The translations under genes were made by a program, and so were the position numbers. A model generated the notes under the pieces. The model saw only the letters and a list, made by a program, of their open reading frames with translations. It was not told where the DNA came from and did no database searches. Positions 61,312-64,000 of a stretch of 64,000 nucleotides of DNA are shown in pieces; position 1 is the stretch's first letter; every line of letters starts with the position of its first letter. Where the stretch lies: assembly GCA_046349895.1 (NCBI GenBank), contig JAXMBJ010000006.1:3092051-3156050 (forward strand), read 5' to 3'. Source of the DNA: Pirellulales bacterium. GTDB taxonomy: Bacteria > Planctomycetota > Planctomycetia > Pirellulales > Pirellulaceae.

Positions 61312-64000
61312 ATGCAGTGCGAAATCGGGATCAGCCCTGGAGGGGTCGTACGACTGTTTCTGGAGGTCGAGCGTTCTGGCTTGGGAGCGTTCGAACAGGC
61401 GAGCGTGTCCCGCGATCTGACGGCTGCCTTTGATGAATCGTCGGCGGCCGGTCTGTCATTGCTGGCCAGTGCCAGGTGGAACCGAGCCTGGCCGGCGCCG
61501 TTTGATTTCTGGCGGCGATTCGCCTGCCGTTACTTCACCTCGCTCCGCCGTCATTTTGCTCAAACGGCCCGCCGCTGGAGTTCTCCACCGGTCCCCGATG
61601 CGGATACTCTCGCGGAGATCGTGGCTGCCGCGCCGCCGATGATTGGATTGGAGTACCTGAAGCCGGAGACGGCGGCCAAGCTCTGGCGAGAACTCGACGA
61701 CCACACCCGTCAGGCCGTGGCCGCGCAGCAGCACGATCTGCCGGGCTACCTGAGCTCGCTCGACCCTGCCTGGACGCTGGTCGGCCGAGTAACGTTTCAT
61801 CTGGCCGAGAACAAGCGGGATCCCAAGGCCCCATTCGCCTTTCTGGCGACCTATACGGAGAGCCAATCGTCGACCGGGTCCCCCCAACACATCCCACTCT
61901 CGCAGGCCCTGCAGAATTCGGTCCGGCAGCGTGACGCGAAAAAACTGGAAGTACTGCTGGAACCGGTGACTCGCGCCGCCCGAAAGTCACCGCTGATCGC
62001 CGATTGGCTGTCGTCCCGAGCCCTCTTCGCTCCACAGTCGTTGACCATCCGTCAGGCGTACCAGTTCCTGCAGAGCGTGCCGGAACTGGAAGAAGCAGGC
62101 GTCATCGTACGAGTCCCCGACTGGTGGAATGCCTCCAGGCCAACGCGTCCGCAGGTCGCGGTGACCATCGGCACGAACCCGGGAACGTCGATCGTCAATC
62201 CAGCATTGAAACTCGATGTTCAGGTCGCCATCGACGGGCAACCCTTGAGCGAAGCCGAGTTGCAACAGCTGCTGGAAGCCCGCGAGGGCCTGTCACTGCT
62301 GCGAGGCAAGTGGGTCGAAGTGGACCGCCAGCGTTTACAGTCGGCGTTGAACCATTGGCGCGAATTGCAACGCGGCCACGTCGGCGGAATGGACTTCCTG
62401 CAAGCGATGCGACTGCTGGCAGGTGTCCCCATCGATGGTCAGTCGGCCGATCACGACCAGCGTGCCTGGAGCCGAGTTGCAGCCGGCCCGTGGCTCGAAG
62501 AAACGCTGCGTCAACTTCGGGATCCGTCGCTCGAAGGCCCCATTGATCCTCAGCAGGGATTGAACGCCAGCCTCAGACCCTACCAAGTGCGCGGAGTGCA
62601 ATGGCTCTGGTTTGCTACCCGCATGGGTCTGGGTGTCTGCCTGGCCGATGATATGGGTCTGGGTAAAACCCTGCAGATCATTGCGCTGGTGAATCAGTGG
62701 AAGCGATCGCCCTCAGGGAACAGACTGCCAACCTTACTGATCGTCCCCACTTCGCTGCTAGGGAACTGGCAGCGTGAAGTCGCTCGATTCGCTCCGCAAC
62801 TACGGCTATTGGTCGCCCATCGTTCGGTGACTGACGCCCAGACGCTGGCGAGGCTCGTCAAAGCCCCCGAGGAACACCTGAAAAACTACGATCTGGTCGC
62901 CACCACGTACGGATTGGCACGAACTTCGCCCTGGCTAGCCGATTGCTCGTGGCAGCTGGTGGTCCTCGATGAAGCCCAAGCCATCAAGAACTCCGCGGCT
63001 GCCCAGACCCGAGCTATCAAGAAGATTCCTGGCAAGGCTCGGATCGTCCTGACAGGTACACCGATCGAAAACCATCTGGGCGACCTCTGGTCACTGTTCG
63101 ACTTCTGCGCCCCAGGACTGCTGGGCTCAGCGACAGCCTTCAAGAAGTTCGCCGAATCGGCGGAGGGCGACGAACAGGCTTGGCGTCTGGCCACCCTTCG
63201 CAGACTGATTCGGCCCTATGTGTTGCGGCGCATGAAGACGGATCCGAACGTGGCGCCCGATCTGCCGGCCAAGACAGAGATGCGAGTCGACTGCGGGCTG
63301 ACGGCCACTCAGGCAGCCTTGTATCAGGCGGTGGTGAGGGAGTTAAGCAAATCTGTAGAGTCGAGCACGGGGATGCGGCGCCGCGGCCTGGTGTTGGCGG
63401 CTCTGACGCAGCTGAAACAGATCTGCAACCACCCCGCACTGTACCTGAAACAGGCTCAGTTCGAGTCCAAAGCGTCGGGAAAGTACTCGGAACTAGCCGA
63501 AATTGCCTTCCAAGTCCGTGATAAGCAGGAAAAAGTGCTGATATTCACGCAGTACCAGCAGATGTGCCATCCGCTGGCAGAATTCCTGGCGGCCCTTTTC
63601 CGCCGCCCCGGACTGATCCTGACCGGACAGACGGCCGCCGCACGACGCAGCCGAATGGTCGCCGAATTCCAGCAGGAAGATGGCCCGCCGTTTTTTGTGA
63701 TTTCCGTCAAGGCAGGTGGGACCGGATTGAACTTGACACAGGCCTGCCACGTCATCCATTTTGATCGCTGGTGGAACCCCGCCGTCGAAGACCAAGCCAC
63801 GGATCGAGCCTTTCGCATCGGTCAGACTCGACATGTGCTGGTCCACAAGTTCGTCTGCCGCGGCACCATTGAAGAACGGATTGACGAAATGATCCTGTCA
63901 AAACGAAGTCTCAGCCGAGAACTGCTGGCGTCCGATGGAGATATCAATCTGACCGAAATGAGCGACCAGCAGTTGATGGAGTTCGTCACACTCGACCTCA
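61312..64000 (+). CDS. SNF2-family helicase (RapA/HepA-like) with about 400-aa N-terminal domain; 3' end beyond the window
   Basis: Hand-translated from ATG 61312 with no stop to the window end. DDMGLGKT (motif I), VVLDEAQAIKN (II), LTGTPIENHL (III), helicase-C (QEDGPPFFVISVKAGGTGLNL, HFDRWWNPAVEDQATDRAFRIGQ). Absent from the ORF track because there is no stop codon. Confidence 0.85.
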   Translation, partial: MQCEIGISPGGVVRLFLEVERSGLGAFEQASVSRDLTAAFDESSAAGLSLLASARWNRAWPAPFDFWRRFACRYFTSLRRHFAQTARRWSSPPVPDADTLAEIVAAAPPMIGLEYLKPETAAKLWRELDDHTRQAVAAQQHDLPGYLSSLDPAWTLVGRVTFHLAENKRDPKAPFAFLATYTESQSSTGSPQHIPLSQALQNSVRQRDAKKLEVLLEPVTRAARKSPLIADWLSSRALFAPQSLTIRQAYQFLQSVPELEEAGVIVRVPDWWNASRPTRPQVAVTIGTNPGTSIVNPALKLDVQVAIDGQPLSEAELQQLLEAREGLSLLRGKWVEVDRQRLQSALNHWRELQRGHVGGMDFLQAMRLLAGVPIDGQSADHDQRAWSRVAAGPWLEETLRQLRDPSLEGPIDPQQGLNASLRPYQVRGVQWLWFATRMGLGVCLADDMGLGKTLQIIALVNQWKRSPSGNRLPTLLIVPTSLLGNWQREVARFAPQLRLLVAHRSVTDAQTLARLVKAPEEHLKNYDLVATTYGLARTSPWLADCSWQLVVLDEAQAIKNSAAAQTRAIKKIPGKARIVLTGTPIENHLGDLWSLFDFCAPGLLGSATAFKKFAESAEGDEQAWRLATLRRLIRPYVLRRMKTDPNVAPDLPAKTEMRVDCGLTATQAALYQAVVRELSKSVESSTGMRRRGLVLAALTQLKQICNHPALYLKQAQFESKASGKYSELAEIAFQVRDKQEKVLIFTQYQQMCHPLAEFLAALFRRPGLILTGQTAAARRSRMVAEFQQEDGPPFFVISVKAGGTGLNLTQACHVIHFDRWWNPAVEDQATDRAFRIGQTRHVLVHKFVCRGTIEERIDEMILSKRSLSRELLASDGDINLTEMSDQQLMEFVTLDL

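Overview
The window is a visibly GC-rich chromosomal segment that looks like a Planctomycetes-type genome. It carries DUF1501, DUF1080 and DUF1573 proteins, an unusually long SecA with a zinc-finger C-terminus, a type-3 ProRS, and no ftsZ anywhere in the window. I see about 50 coding genes, mostly housekeeping: metK, secA, waaA, proS, guaB, selA, tsp, transporters and several tRNA/rRNA-modification enzymes. I recognise no rRNA, tRNA, CRISPR array or transposase/integrase. Non-ATG starts (GTG/TTG) occur and were checked where stated.

The most striking unit is a translationally coupled minus-strand operon at 12980-17841. It encodes an AAA+ ATPase followed by a 1140-aa protein that fuses an active-looking Ser/Thr kinase to a tubulin/FtsZ-like GTPase-signature domain and a long helical tail. 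A divergently transcribed FHA-EAL gene (phosphothreonine reader plus c-di-GMP phosphodiesterase) sits next to it. This looks like an uncharacterised cytoskeletal/signalling module in a lineage that lacks FtsZ.

Other items worth a second look:
- Two unrelated families of short palindromic repeats are dispersed in intergenic regions. One of them sits next to a CT-rich microsatellite that has disrupted a bestrophin-family channel gene.
- A diadenylate-cyclase-domain protein with a variant RHW motif (36510-37445).
- A TrhO-RluA fusion (49158-51002).
- An ApbE flavin transferase fused to a DUF2271-like domain next to a PepSY gene (1-2005).
- An apparently orphan selA (43659-45098).
- A gene-less stretch of about 0.9 kb (22669-23606).
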